29,291 nt of DNA from Candidatus Micrarchaeota archaeon (GTDB lineage: Archaea > B1Sed10-29 > WALL01 > WAMD01). A model generated the notes under the pieces. It made no database searches, was not told where the DNA came from, and saw only the letters and a list, made by a program, of their open reading frames with translations. Made by a program: the position numbers and the translations under genes. This document shows, in pieces, positions 9,274 through 19,590 of this stretch; the stretch's first letter is position 1; each line of letters opens with the position of its first letter. Where the stretch lies: assembly GCA_964652335.1 (NCBI GenBank), contig CAZZDL010000010.1, positions 1 through 29,291 of the forward strand, read 5' to 3'.

Positions 9274-9716
9274 TGGATTTTAAGAGGTTTGTGGTATTGA
9301 CTCTTTTGTTTTTTATTATCCTAAGAATCCTGCCATTGTATCCGTTGCAGTTGGCAGTCGCAGGATTGGCCTATAACTTGGTTCTAGCAATAGGCGTTGA
9401 TGCAGAGCTTAATGGAGATAGTATAATAACCTCCAATCAGTTTTATGTCTCTCCAGATTGCACAGGCATAATATCAATTGCCATCGTTCTTGCATTGCTC
9501 CTTTCTACAATCCTTAGACTACAAACTAGGGTTTTATTTAGTCTTTTAGCGTGTATCATCTTTCCAATCTGGAATGCGGTAAGGATAGCAGTGTCTATAG
9601 CTGTTAGTAAAAATTTTGAATTAGTCCACTTCTCTTTATGGATAGTTAGTTTTGTTTTTATTTTGGGGATATACCTTTTGGCTATATGGTATGATGATAG
9701 AACTAGAAGGGTTTGA
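9273..9716 (+). CDS. Archaeosortase/exosortase-family membrane transpeptidase (short form)
   Basis: Multi-TM protein with catalytic-type C (VSPDCTG), R (WNAVRI) and H (ELVHF). Likely start is ATG 9273 (TAATG overlap with carS, SD GGAGGT); alternative start 9267. Confidence 0.8.
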   Translation: MDFKRFVVLTLLFFIILRILPLYPLQLAVAGLAYNLVLAIGVDAELNGDSIITSNQFYVSPDCTGIISIAIVLALLLSTILRLQTRVLFSLLACIIFPIWNAVRIAVSIAVSKNFELVHFSLWIVSFVFILGIYLLAIWYDDRTRRV

Positions 9717-10398
9717 ATGAGAAACCAACTTTTGGAGACACCTTTACAGGATACCATCTCTCAACAAAATCTGTTCCTATCATTTTTTCAACCTTTGCCT
9801 CTGTTACCACTGTCCCGTCAGATGTTTCTATTTTTCTTGTTCTTATTATACCATCAACTAGATGGTCTTCCACCCCGAATTTAGTTACCTTTCTTGTTTT
9901 TTCTTCTGCTATTAGCACTGATGTTATTCCCCGCTTTTTAAGGAAATCTAAGAAAAGATAGAGTGAGTATCTATAATCGCTGACATCCTTTATCGCTAGG
10001 GATATTGGAGTTATTGAATCAACTACAAGTCTCTTCGCGCCTATGCTGTTTATTATTGCCTCTAGCTTTCTTATCACGTCACCTTCTATTGTATGGGGCA
10101 TAAACCTGCCGTAATCCTTTGGATGGAAAGAGAATATTGCTAGTAATCCCAAGTCTTGCATTCGCCCAAGATCCCAACCAAATTCCTCAGAATACCAGGA
10201 TAAAGTTTGATCAAATTCTTCAGCTTGGACTAGTATCCCTGCCTCCTTTTCAGCTTTTGCTCCTCTGTATAAATACTGCAATCCGAATATTGTTTTCCCA
10301 GTTCCAGCAGAACCAGTGACCAATATTGAGCTTCCTCTGGGAAATCCACCATCTATTAGTTGGTCAAGGCCTATTATTCCTGTTTTGATTCGTTCCAT
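9703..10398 (-). CDS. KaiC/RAD55-like RecA-superfamily ATPase (single domain)
   Basis: RIKTGIIGLDQLIDGGFP, Walker A GSAGTGKT, EE pair, Walker B LVVDS, HLVDGII. Confidence 0.9.
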   Translation of the reverse strand: MERIKTGIIGLDQLIDGGFPRGSSILVTGSAGTGKTIFGLQYLYRGAKAEKEAGILVQAEEFDQTLSWYSEEFGWDLGRMQDLGLLAIFSFHPKDYGRFMPHTIEGDVIRKLEAIINSIGAKRLVVDSITPISLAIKDVSDYRYSLYLFLDFLKKRGITSVLIAEEKTRKVTKFGVEDHLVDGIIRTRKIETSDGTVVTEAKVEKMIGTDFVERWYPVKVSPKVGFSFKPF

Positions 10399-10420
10399 GA
10401 TATGAAATTACAAATCAGGT

Positions 10421-10435
10421 TTATTTAAGGCTTTC
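10421..10435 (-). promoter_or_regulatory. BRE-TATA promoter of the KaiC-like gene (likely leaderless mRNA)
   Basis: Minus strand GAAAGCC-TTAAATAA ending about 23 nt upstream of ATG 10398. Confidence 0.6.
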
Positions 10436-10460
10436 TAGTTCTCGTTTTATACTCTTTTAA

Positions 10461-10583
10461 TCACAACCATCCGATTGAATGGAAAATTAGATACAGAAAT
10501 ATGAAAAATCCAAGTATCATAACTAGACTAGCAATCTGGCCCGCTAACAGTAGTATAAGCTCTTTGCGCTCAGCTGGCTTCAT
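10461..10583 (-). CDS. 40-aa single-TM microprotein at the end of the ATPase operon; absent from ORF track
   Basis: Hand translation [40 protein letters not shown]; start overlaps the atpD 3' end by 14 nt; fills the otherwise empty gap. Confidence 0.7.
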   Translation of the reverse strand: MKPAERKELILLLAGQIASLVMILGFFIFLYLIFHSIGWL

Positions 10584-11199
10584 TTCTCTTCTCCGCCTTT
10601 GCTTTTATCTTCTTTAGCCTTGTAAAGTTTTCCCTCTCCATCTCTTCCAGCTTGAAGGCTATTTCCTTCTTTATGTCCTCTAGGACTGGGATTGTTATAT
10701 ACTCTAGGGCGTTCACCCTCCTTTTTGTCTTTTTTATCTCATCTCCCAACTTTTTTAGTTTCAACTGTAACTCCACCAATTTAATGAAATCTGGGGTTAC
10801 TTGCCTATACAAGCTAACAGCCGATTCAAGATAAGTGGATGCAGACATCAAACTGTACCACTCTGGTTCTATCACTAACTTTTCTAGCTCCGGAACCTTT
10901 ACCCCCATAATATTTTTTGTTCTGAATGATACAATTGTATTCCCGGCAAGGCCAATTGCTAGTCTTTCTACGTCATGTTCTCCCTGATACGCCTCTGCTA
11001 ATACTAGTTGCTTATCAGCTTCCCACAATTTTTCTCCAAGCGACTCTCTAAGTTCTTTTATCTCCTTAAGTGTTTCAAAGAATTCCATCACTAGAGTATC
11101 TCTTTTTTCCTTTAGCAACTTGTGCCCTTTCTCAGCTAGCTTTAACCTCTTCTTCGTCTTGAGCAGCTCCATCCTTGTAGGCTTTATTCTCATTCTCAC
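10570..11199 (-). CDS. atpD: A/V-type ATPase subunit D
   Basis: [48 protein letters not shown]. Confidence 0.96.
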   Translation of the reverse strand: MRMRIKPTRMELLKTKKRLKLAEKGHKLLKEKRDTLVMEFFETLKEIKELRESLGEKLWEADKQLVLAEAYQGEHDVERLAIGLAGNTIVSFRTKNIMGVKVPELEKLVIEPEWYSLMSASTYLESAVSLYRQVTPDFIKLVELQLKLKKLGDEIKKTKRRVNALEYITIPVLEDIKKEIAFKLEEMERENFTRLKKIKAKAEKRNEAS

Positions 11200-12692
11200 A
11201 CCTTAGGTTTCCTTTTCTTCTTTAATACTCCTCCAAGGTCTATCAGGTCAGCCCCAAGGCTTTCTATTCCCTCACCTGCAAATCTCTCTTCAACAGCTAG
11301 TTTCTTTTTACCCTTTTTGAATGTTTTTGGATGATATTTCTCTAGATATTCTGTTCTAATTCTCTTTAACTCTGTCTCAGGCAGCATAGCTAGTAAGTCC
11401 CATGCAATATCCAATGTTTCTTCCAATGATCTTTCTTCCTCGTATCCTTGGTTTATGAATCTTCTTTCGAATTCATCAGCAAATTTCAAGTATATCTTGT
11501 CAACCTCACCTAGGGATTCCTCTCCGATAACTGCCACAAGCTCTCTAATCTCTATACCCTGTGCATATGCAGCGTACATTTGATTTGAAACATCTGCATG
11601 GTCTTCCCTTGTTTTATCCTTCCCAATACCGTTCTTCATTAACCTTGATAAAGATGGTAGAGGATTCATTGGTGGATATATCCCCTTTCTGTGTAGGTCC
11701 CTAGATAACACAAGCTGACCCTCAGTTATATACCCAGTAAGGTCAGCTATTGGGTGAGTAATATCATCGTCCGGCATTGTAAGTATAGGCATCTGAGTGA
11801 CAGAACCTTTTCTACCCCTTATCCTTCCAGCCCTCTCATAGATAGTTGCTAGATCAGTATACATGTACCCTGGATATCCTCTTCTGCCTGGAACTTCCTC
11901 CCTTGCAGCAGCTATCTCTCTTAATGCTTCACAATAGTTTGTCATGTCTGTCAGTATTACCAGGACATGCATGTCTTGTTCGTATGCAAGGTATTCCGCA
12001 GTGGTTAGTGCCATCCTCGGAGTGATTATTCTCTCTATCGCAGGATCATTCGCCAGGTTCAAGAACATGACTACGTTATCTATGGACCCTGTCCTTTCAA
12101 ACTCATTTTTGAAGAACATAGCTTCTTCGTGAGTTATTCCCATTGCAGCGAAGACCACAGCGAACGATTCCTCTGTCTTTCTAACCTTTGCTTGCCTGGC
12201 TATCTGTGATGCCATTGCGTTATGAGGTAAACCGGATCCAGAGAATATAGGCAACTTTTGCCCTCTGACTAGTGTATTCATGAGATCTATGGTAGATATT
12301 CCTGTTTGTATGAAGTCCAGAGGCATGTCTCTTCTGGATGGATTTATTGCATTTCCGTTTATGTCTAACTTCTCTTCAGGTATTATTTCTGGTCCGTTGT
12401 CTATCGGTATCCCTCTTCCATTTAGAACTCTGCCAAGCATATCGGACGAGACGCCTATCCTTACAGTTTCCCCTGTGAATCTAACGGTTGTTGATTTTGT
12501 GTCTATTCCTTGAGTCCCCTCAAACACTTGTATGACTGAGTAACCTTCCCCTGTCTCCAGGACCTGTCCCATTTTTTCTTCTCCGGTCCCAGTTATTACT
12601 TTCACAAGCTCTCCATAGGCCGCCCCTTCCACGCCTTCAACTACCATCAACGGACCAGATACTTCCTTCACATTCTTGTATTCGGTTATCAT
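11196..12692 (-). CDS. atpB: A/V-type ATPase subunit B (with C-terminal extension)
   Basis: [42 protein letters not shown]. Confidence 0.98.
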   Translation of the reverse strand: MITEYKNVKEVSGPLMVVEGVEGAAYGELVKVITGTGEEKMGQVLETGEGYSVIQVFEGTQGIDTKSTTVRFTGETVRIGVSSDMLGRVLNGRGIPIDNGPEIIPEEKLDINGNAINPSRRDMPLDFIQTGISTIDLMNTLVRGQKLPIFSGSGLPHNAMASQIARQAKVRKTEESFAVVFAAMGITHEEAMFFKNEFERTGSIDNVVMFLNLANDPAIERIITPRMALTTAEYLAYEQDMHVLVILTDMTNYCEALREIAAAREEVPGRRGYPGYMYTDLATIYERAGRIRGRKGSVTQMPILTMPDDDITHPIADLTGYITEGQLVLSRDLHRKGIYPPMNPLPSLSRLMKNGIGKDKTREDHADVSNQMYAAYAQGIEIRELVAVIGEESLGEVDKIYLKFADEFERRFINQGYEEERSLEETLDIAWDLLAMLPETELKRIRTEYLEKYHPKTFKKGKKKLAVEERFAGEGIESLGADLIDLGGVLKKKRKPKV

Positions 12693-14431
12693 TCAACCAC
12701 CTCTGTCAAGTTGCCAATCTCTTTATCAATCTCTTTTCTAATACCCTCAGCATTTTTTACAAGGTTCGCGTCGTATTTCATTCTAGCTATTCTCTCCCTT
12801 ACAGGTAAAACAGCTATCTTTGCAACCTTTACACCCCTTGCTACAGCCTCTTTTGCTCTTCTGTGGAAGTGCAATATTGTCTTCAACATTTCATACTGTT
12901 TTTCTAATGAACAATAAGAATCTACGTCATGGAAAGCGTTCTGCTGAAGGTAGTCCTCTCTTATAGACTTTGTTGTCTCAAGGATCAACTTCTCTTCCTC
13001 TGGAAGAGCGTCTGGACCAACTAGTTGCACTATCTCCCTCAACTCAGCCTCTTTTTGCAGGAGTTCCATTGCTTCTCTCTTTAGATCAGGGAAGTCTTGA
13101 GCTATCTTTTTGAAGTAATCTTCCAGATATCCTTCATACAAGCTGTAGGAGGTCAGCCAGTTTATGGCAGGGAAGTGTCTTCTGTATGCTAGCGATGAAT
13201 CCAATGCCCAGAACACCTTTGTTATCCTTAGAGTATTCTGTGTTACTGGCTCAGAGAAGTCACCGCCAGGAGGAGAAACAGCTCCAATTACACTTACAGA
13301 TCCCTCATTTCCTCCCAAAGTCTTTACCCTTCCAGCCCTCTCATAGAAGGCCGCCAGTTTTGAAGCTAAATAAGCAGGGTAACCCTCTTCTCCAGGCATT
13401 TCTTCCAATCTAGATGATATTTCTCTCATCGCCTCTGCCCATCTTGATGTTGAGTCAGCCATTAATGCAACGTCATATCCTTGGTCTCTATAATACTCTG
13501 CAATTGTGATCCCAGTATAAACGCTAGCTTCTCTAGCAGCCACAGGCATGTTTGATGTGTTTGCTATTAGACTGGTTCTCTCCATTAATGGTTTCCCAGT
13601 TTTTGGATCCTTAAGTCTTGGGAATTCTTCAAGGACCTCAGTCATTTCATTTCCTCTTTCTCCACATCCAATATACACAACAATGTCTGCATCTGACCAT
13701 TTTGCAAGTTGATGCTGGGTAATGGTCTTACCTGACCCGAATGGACCAGGTATCGCTGCAGTTCCTCCTTTGGCAACAGGGAAGAAAGTATCTAGTATTC
13801 TTTGTCCAGTGACTAATGGGATATTTGGGAACTTTTTTTCTTTGTAAGGTCTTGCACTCCTAACAGGCCATTCTTGGAACAACTTTATTTTGAATTCCTT
13901 TTTTCCTGATCTCACTACTACTGCGGTGTCGTTTACAGTCATCTTCCCATCATTTACCTCGATAACTTCACCACTTATTCCTGGAGGCAACAGTATTTTG
14001 TGTTTTATAACTTTTGTCTCATTCACTATTCCTACTACACTCCCTTCAGATAATTTGTCCCCCCTTTTCACAGTTGGTTTGAATTCCCATTTTTTCTTCA
14101 TATCCAATGCAGGAACGTCAATACCCCTAGCTATGAAATCCCCTGACTTTTCAGCTATCTTGTCTAGTGGTCTAGCAATTCCATCAAACATATTATTCAG
14201 CAAACCAGGACCCAGTTGGATACTAAGTGGCTTCCCAGTTTCATAAACAGGCTCTCCAGGCCTAAGTCCAGTTGTGTCTTCGTAAACCTGGATTGTAGCC
14301 TTGTCTCTCCTTAGTTGGATTATTTCACCTATAAGTTTTTCTTCGCCTACTCTAACTACGTCGTACATTTTTGCTCCTCTAATCTCTTTAGCAACAACGA
14401 CAGGTCCCGATATTTTTGATATCTTAGCCAT
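12689..14431 (-). CDS. atpA: A/V-type ATPase catalytic subunit A
   Basis: [44 protein letters not shown]. Start moved to ATG 14431, downstream of SD GAGGTGG. Confidence 0.98.
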   Translation of the reverse strand: MAKISKISGPVVVAKEIRGAKMYDVVRVGEEKLIGEIIQLRRDKATIQVYEDTTGLRPGEPVYETGKPLSIQLGPGLLNNMFDGIARPLDKIAEKSGDFIARGIDVPALDMKKKWEFKPTVKRGDKLSEGSVVGIVNETKVIKHKILLPPGISGEVIEVNDGKMTVNDTAVVVRSGKKEFKIKLFQEWPVRSARPYKEKKFPNIPLVTGQRILDTFFPVAKGGTAAIPGPFGSGKTITQHQLAKWSDADIVVYIGCGERGNEMTEVLEEFPRLKDPKTGKPLMERTSLIANTSNMPVAAREASVYTGITIAEYYRDQGYDVALMADSTSRWAEAMREISSRLEEMPGEEGYPAYLASKLAAFYERAGRVKTLGGNEGSVSVIGAVSPPGGDFSEPVTQNTLRITKVFWALDSSLAYRRHFPAINWLTSYSLYEGYLEDYFKKIAQDFPDLKREAMELLQKEAELREIVQLVGPDALPEEEKLILETTKSIREDYLQQNAFHDVDSYCSLEKQYEMLKTILHFHRRAKEAVARGVKVAKIAVLPVRERIARMKYDANLVKNAEGIRKEIDKEIGNLTEVVE

Positions 14432-14442
14432 CTCTTTCCACC

Positions 14443-14721
14443 TCACAGTTGAATCTCAATACCAACAGCAGACTTTATCATCTGTTTTAAATCATCTATA
14501 CTCCCAAATGATCTTGTATCATCCGGGATTGTTACGACATTACTAAGCTCCCCAAGCTCAGGAAGGATATCAATGATGCTTGCATTGACGATTATCACGT
14601 CATCCTTATCAATCTCCTTCAGTATCCTTAATCCTTCCTCTCTATTTTGTATTACATAGCTATCCTTTATTCCCATGAGCAGCATGGATATCACGAACCT
14701 ATGGTTCCCAAGCACTATCAT
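14443..14721 (-). CDS. atpF: A/V-type ATPase subunit F
   Basis: Size, position between C and A, C-terminal IKSAVGIEI. Confidence 0.88.
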   Translation of the reverse strand: MIVLGNHRFVISMLLMGIKDSYVIQNREEGLRILKEIDKDDVIIVNASIIDILPELGELSNVVTIPDDTRSFGSIDDLKQMIKSAVGIEIQL

Positions 14722-15779
14722 ATTACCATCCTCTTTATCTCCTCAGCATTCAGCCCCTCTTCAATTAGTTTTCCTATTATTTGCAGTTTTTTCCTTTCAT
14801 TGTTCTTTTTTATCATGTATTCAAATACAGGAAATACACCTTCAGGCTTCAGTGATGATAGTGTTGAAACCCTTTTCTCAAACTCTTTATCAATCTCTAG
14901 CTCAAGAGAACCAAACTCCTTGGTCTTCATAATCTCTTCCCACATCTTTGATACAATGTTTCCGAATGGGATGTTTTTCAAGTTTGGAATCTCTTCAATC
15001 TTGACCTCATTTAGTATAGTTAGCTCAGGGAATCCAAGATATTCTATTAGCTCGTTTATCTTTTCCTTATCTACCCCCCTAAGCCTTGCCCTTAATGCTA
15101 AAAGCATTACGTTTGCCCTGGCTTTTTCCTTCCATAAAGCTAACAATTCGTTAGCGAATGGGATCTTAGCTTCTCTTATCCTCTTATACATCCTTCTTTC
15201 TACAAATCTATCAATCCTTTCTTCAGCTTCTTCCCAAGTCTTTGGCACACTTTTCACAAATAATCCTGCAAAGTTAGTTCTTTGAAGAGCAACTACAAAG
15301 TCTGCAATGGTTTTTGCTCTGATTAGTTCGTCTATCCTAGATTGCGTTAGGTTCCCTATAGGGTATATTGCATCTGATGGAATGGTAATATCCTTCATTT
15401 TAGATTTCATTAATAGTTTGATCATCTTTCCTTCAAACTTCATTATGTAGGCATCTATTACCCTTTTAAATTCAGGAGGGGTGTCCTTTGATAACTCCAT
15501 TATCTCATTGATTAATTTTTTCTCTAGGTGAATGTGTAGTTCCCTTGCATTTTTGACATTGCAACAGTCGCTGTATATCGTATCTCTCAAGTATGTAAGA
15601 AAGCTGTTGAAGCTTGTCGCATCACACATTCTCTCAAGTTGCTCTTTAGTTAGTAGGTCTTTGCTTCGTGCACTGGCTCTGGCGTTGGCATACAAGTATT
15701 TAGACATGGGAATAGTCCTGTAGGTAGCATAGCCTGCCAGCGTTGCCAAAAACGCCAATGAGAACAGGATCGCAATCAT
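14718..15779 (-). CDS. atpC: A/V-type ATPase subunit C (d), with N-terminal hydrophobic helix
   Basis: YLYANARASAR motif, LRDTIY, IYPIGNL; operon position. Confidence 0.88.
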   Translation of the reverse strand: MIAILFSLAFLATLAGYATYRTIPMSKYLYANARASARSKDLLTKEQLERMCDATSFNSFLTYLRDTIYSDCCNVKNARELHIHLEKKLINEIMELSKDTPPEFKRVIDAYIMKFEGKMIKLLMKSKMKDITIPSDAIYPIGNLTQSRIDELIRAKTIADFVVALQRTNFAGLFVKSVPKTWEEAEERIDRFVERRMYKRIREAKIPFANELLALWKEKARANVMLLALRARLRGVDKEKINELIEYLGFPELTILNEVKIEEIPNLKNIPFGNIVSKMWEEIMKTKEFGSLELEIDKEFEKRVSTLSSLKPEGVFPVFEYMIKKNNERKKLQIIGKLIEEGLNAEEIKRMVI

Positions 15780-16312
15780 TTGAGCACCTTACTGATCACC
15801 ATCTTTATCCTTGGCATCTTTGCGTTCAGTATACTCTCTAGCGTAAAATCATAGACGACATCTTTCCCAATCAGCCTAACACCTGTTATACTTCTGTCAA
15901 TCTTTATCTTCTTCTTGAATAGCTTTTGGTAGTAATTGCTGTCTGCGTACACTTCGAAGTTGCCCTTTGGCATCTTTCTCTTCAGATAATCTAGATAACT
16001 CTTTGAGTGAGCAATCTTCCTTAGATCCTTCCTAATTTCATTTATAATGGTGTTAGCCATCTTTTCCTTTTCTCTTTGGTACTCTAGCTTCCACTTCATT
16101 TTCACTTCATTTAACGCTGCTCTCTTGCTGGTTTCCTTTATCCGATTTATCCTAGGCTTATTTCTTTCTCTTATCGCCTTTAGTTTGTCCCTTGTTGTAC
16201 TTCGTATTTTTTCTATTCTCTGCTTAGCTTCCTTCTCTAGCTTCCTGAGGTCAGATTCGTATTTTCTTCTTATTTCCTTTTCTAGGCTAGCTATACTACC
16301 TACGACTTTCAT
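15776..16312 (-). CDS. atpE: A/V-type ATPase subunit E
   Basis: N-terminal coiled coil, C-terminal ITGVRL...YDFTLES; position after K. Confidence 0.82.
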   Translation of the reverse strand: MKVVGSIASLEKEIRRKYESDLRKLEKEAKQRIEKIRSTTRDKLKAIRERNKPRINRIKETSKRAALNEVKMKWKLEYQREKEKMANTIINEIRKDLRKIAHSKSYLDYLKRKMPKGNFEVYADSNYYQKLFKKKIKIDRSITGVRLIGKDVVYDFTLESILNAKMPRIKMVISKVLK

Positions 16313-16323
16313 TCCTATCCTCC

Positions 16324-16821
16324 CTATCCAAGTACACCAAGTCCAACTACGAGCACTATCAATGCTATGACGAACCCGAATATTGCTGGAGTTTCTGCCT
16401 GTCCTGCGAACACAATACTTGGGACGAATGCATCTTTGTTCTTTGCACTTGCAGCCACGCCAGCAGCAGCTACCTTACCCTGGAATATAGCTGAGAGACC
16501 AGTTATTGCCACTACTAGACCTGCACCAAACATCACTCCACCTTGAGCTATTGTTATTTCTTTTGTTGCACCTAGCAACCCTGCACCCATTGCTATTAGC
16601 AGTGCAGTGATGAATGCGTATATTGTTTGTGTCTGTGGGAGAGCTTGTAAGACTAGTGCGTTCTTAAAGTTCTCTTTGTTCTCAGCCACTGCTCCTGCAC
16701 CTGAAACACCAGCTGCGTATACACCCATAGCTGTTGCGAATCCTGCACTCCCTAATGCTATGGCTGCACCAAGCATAGCAAGGGTTTGCCCGTTAATCAT
16801 CTGGTTTAGAGATTCTAACAT
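16324..16821 (-). CDS. atpK: A/V-type ATPase proteolipid K/c, four TM, single carboxylate, Na+-type signature
   Basis: Duplicated hairpins with PQTQTIY, SAIFQG and AETPAIFG. Confidence 0.95.
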   Translation of the reverse strand: MLESLNQMINGQTLAMLGAAIALGSAGFATAMGVYAAGVSGAGAVAENKENFKNALVLQALPQTQTIYAFITALLIAMGAGLLGATKEITIAQGGVMFGAGLVVAITGLSAIFQGKVAAAGVAASAKNKDAFVPSIVFAGQAETPAIFGFVIALIVLVVGLGVLG

Positions 16822-16823
16822 TC

Positions 16824-18728
16824 TTATCTAACCTCCATTATCCTTTTTTTAGCATGAAACGGTGAATATGGTTTTCCTCCACCCACATAAAACTTTGAGA
16901 AAAACTCTAGGAAGTGAAGCCTAAGTGAGTGGACGAACGCTCCCAAAGCGTTTATTCCCATATTGAAAGTATGTCCAAGCACTATAATCAGTAAAGCGAT
17001 TATCCAGCCGATAACAGGTATCATGTTGTTAGCTAGACCAGCCATGAAGTTTACCGCTAGGGCTATTCCACCAGTTCCTAAGGCGAGGGACATTAGTCTA
17101 GCGTATGAAAACCAGTCTCCCAAGAAACCAGTGTAATCAAATATAGACAGTCCGGCAAGGATTGCACCGTTTTGGAGATATGCTCCAACAAAGTTGAGTG
17201 CTATAGATATACCTATTAGAGTTAAACCTATTCCAGTCAAATCAATACCAGTGATCCCTCCACACACAATTACAAGCAGTCCTAGAATAAATGTCAACAT
17301 AGTAACAGATGGTCTTAATGCATCCAAGTACTCTTTCTTCTTTATTTTTTCTATCAATCCTAAAGTTAATCCTATGGATATGTGTGTCAGCCCTAGTATC
17401 AATGCTATTCCTAGTACGATAGTTGCTTGTTTCATTGGGTCTATCCAGTATGGGATATGGAACATATCAGTTAGTAATGATCCTAACCAGCTGCCGAACA
17501 GAGCCCCGAGTATAAGGGTAAATATCCCACTTAATATTATGACGAATGAAAAGTCTTTCATTTCAGGTTTAGTTCTCCCTATTCCTATCATAGCTAGGAG
17601 ACCAATCGCTATCATTGCCAAACCATATGCAGCGTCAGTTAGCATAAACCCAAAGAAAAGCGCAAACGAGAAAGCCAGTATTGGGGTTGGGTCTATTCTT
17701 CCGTATTTTGGGAAACCATACAACGCCGTGATCCTCTCAAATGCTTTTATTGGTTGTGGATTCTCAAGAAGAGTTGGTGCTGTTTCCTTTTCCTCCGCTA
17801 TTATGTAATATTTGCCCAATTCTTTCTTAACTAGTTTCAAGAATCGTTTCCAATTTTTCTCCGGAATCCATACGTTCAACCTAGCTAGCGCGTAACCAGT
17901 TTCCATACTTCCGAGTGCTTCCAATCTAGAGGTAACTATGTTTATTTCGTCAAGGACCATATCCAACTTTTTGTTTTTTGTTTCCCAAAGTTTTGCTAGC
18001 CTTTCCTTTTCCTTATTTATTTCTTCCTTCAATACTTCAATTCTCTTAAGAATGTTCGCCCTTACGTCTGATGGTTTTCCTCTATCTTCAGGAGGTTTCA
18101 CTGGGCTGAATCCAATCTCATGTACCTTGCTTAGAACTAATTCGCTATCCTTTTTTAGGAAGAAGATTGCCAAGAAGCTGGTTCTTTTGTCCACCTCTTT
18201 GATTATTTTCACACCCGGTAAATCACGAATATTGCTTTCATTTTTAGTTAGTATCAGCCCGGTTATGACCCTTATCTTATCAGAATTAGTATACACTGAC
18301 AAGTCAACATCCTTTGGGAAAATTTCTAGATCTCTAAGCTTTTCCATTTCATCTTCTAATTTTTTCTTTAGCTCAGGTAGGTCAGTTTTTATTTCCTCTT
18401 TTAGCCTGCTAACCTCTTTCCTGACATCTTGTATTATTTCCTCAATACTTCTGTCTTCCACTATCTCAATCATCCGCTCCTTTGGGAATAATATCTCAAT
18501 TGGGTTTAGTTTTTGAGATGGCTTGTATTGATGTAGTTCGTCTTTTATTCTTTCTATCTCGGACTTTAAGGTTAATGCATCGGAATATTCATCTATTATA
18601 TTCTCTTCCCAGTTCTCAAGTTTCGCAATTTGGCATATCCCTTCCCTTTGTAACTCATGCAAGAAGTTTTCTAGTTTGTCCTTACTAGCTATTATTGACG
18701 CATGTTCTATCTTTGAAGGGAAAAACAT
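16824..18728 (-). CDS. atpI: A/V-type ATPase subunit I (a)
   Basis: IDPTP, FFGFMLTDAAYG, DWFSYARLMSL, HSLRLHFLEFFSKFY. Confidence 0.96.
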   Translation of the reverse strand: MFFPSKIEHASIIASKDKLENFLHELQREGICQIAKLENWEENIIDEYSDALTLKSEIERIKDELHQYKPSQKLNPIEILFPKERMIEIVEDRSIEEIIQDVRKEVSRLKEEIKTDLPELKKKLEDEMEKLRDLEIFPKDVDLSVYTNSDKIRVITGLILTKNESNIRDLPGVKIIKEVDKRTSFLAIFFLKKDSELVLSKVHEIGFSPVKPPEDRGKPSDVRANILKRIEVLKEEINKEKERLAKLWETKNKKLDMVLDEINIVTSRLEALGSMETGYALARLNVWIPEKNWKRFLKLVKKELGKYYIIAEEKETAPTLLENPQPIKAFERITALYGFPKYGRIDPTPILAFSFALFFGFMLTDAAYGLAMIAIGLLAMIGIGRTKPEMKDFSFVIILSGIFTLILGALFGSWLGSLLTDMFHIPYWIDPMKQATIVLGIALILGLTHISIGLTLGLIEKIKKKEYLDALRPSVTMLTFILGLLVIVCGGITGIDLTGIGLTLIGISIALNFVGAYLQNGAILAGLSIFDYTGFLGDWFSYARLMSLALGTGGIALAVNFMAGLANNMIPVIGWIIALLIIVLGHTFNMGINALGAFVHSLRLHFLEFFSKFYVGGGKPYSPFHAKKRIMEVR

Positions 18729-18733
18729 TTCGA

Positions 18734-19045
18734 TCAGTCCTTAAGTAACTCACCTATTATTTCTTTTTTTAATTCTTTTTTCCTGCTTACAAATTTTTTC
18801 TTTAGTTTAGAAATCTTATTTTCAAAATCTTTTTTTATCTTTTTACTCTCTTTCCTTGCCTCTTCAATCCCCTCCATTTTCGCTTTCTCCTCAAGCTTTT
18901 TCAGTCTATTTTTCTCTTCTGCTATCCTCCTTTTTGATCTTTCAATTTCATTTTTTATTTTTTCTTCAAGCTGTAATCTTCTTTCTTCCAATTGCCTCTC
19001 ATACCGTATCTCTAACTCTCTAAGTTCTTCTACAGACCCAACCAT
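18734..19045 (-). CDS. atpH: A/V-type ATPase subunit H/G (peripheral stalk)
   Basis: About 100-aa E/K-rich coiled coil directly upstream of atpI; start is ATG 19045 or GTG 19054. Confidence 0.78.
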   Translation of the reverse strand: MVGSVEELRELEIRYERQLEERRLQLEEKIKNEIERSKRRIAEEKNRLKKLEEKAKMEGIEEARKESKKIKKDFENKISKLKKKFVSRKKELKKEIIGELLKD

Positions 19046-19046
19046 T

Positions 19047-19217
19047 TTACTCACTTTTTTTCATTATTGTGTATCCACACTTTCCACAATGCCATCTATC
19101 TTTGTGTTCTGCCATAAATACTCCAGGACCACATTTTGGGCATGTCCTCTTTCTTGATTCTATCTTGTTATCTTTCACTTGGTAGTACTTTGAGATTACT
19201 TCATTCCCCTTTGCCAT
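19047..19217 (-). CDS. rps27ae: 30S ribosomal protein S27ae (eS31); absent from ORF track
   Basis: Hand translation [56 protein letters not shown]; follows rps24e. Confidence 0.97.
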   Translation of the reverse strand: MAKGNEVISKYYQVKDNKIESRKRTCPKCGPGVFMAEHKDRWHCGKCGYTIMKKSE

Positions 19218-19590
19218 CTTCCTCACCTTCTTTCTTTTCCTCTTTAGCCCCCTCTTTCACCTTCTCCCCCGGTTGCTCCTCTCCTTTGGCTTCTTCCTTT
19301 TCTGCTTCCTTTAACCCTTTCTCTTGTCTTTTTATCATGTATTCTGGTTCTATTGATTTCATCTTGCTTTCGGATTCGTATATCCTTATCTCAACTTTGG
19401 CAGATCTGCCTCCGTATTCTTGGTCTATCTTACTTACCACTACTAGCTTCTCTGGTATGTTTTTTTTCGCTGCTATATACTTTATTATATCCTTCCTGGT
19501 TGGTGTCCCAGATTCAAATTTCACAATTCCCTCTATTTCTGTTCTATGAAGAAGTCTATTTTCCCTTTCTTTTGTTATTTCTATCTCCAT
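19201..19590 (-). CDS. rps24e: 30S ribosomal protein S24e
   Basis: [30 protein letters not shown]-rich tail. Confidence 0.95.
   Translation of the reverse strand: MEIEITKERENRLLHRTEIEGIVKFESGTPTRKDIIKYIAAKKNIPEKLVVVSKIDQEYGGRSAKVEIRIYESESKMKSIEPEYMIKRQEKGLKEAEKEEAKGEEQPGEKVKEGAKEEKKEGEEDGKGE

Noticed and set aside
12689..14431. Intein in ATPase subunit A (also checked aIF5B and Hel308)
   Set aside because: P-loop motifs are uninterrupted and protein lengths are normal.
14647..18516. Long plus-strand ORFs (14647-15285, 17194-17808, 17938-18516) and similar ORFs elsewhere
   Set aside because: They are Ser/Phe/Ile-rich antisense shadows of well-supported minus-strand genes.
16250..19045. Similar N-termini of subunits E (VVGSIASL...KYE) and H (MVGSVEEL...RYE)
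   Set aside because: Short and low-complexity; both are coiled-coil stalk partners, so the similarity is too weak to claim duplication.
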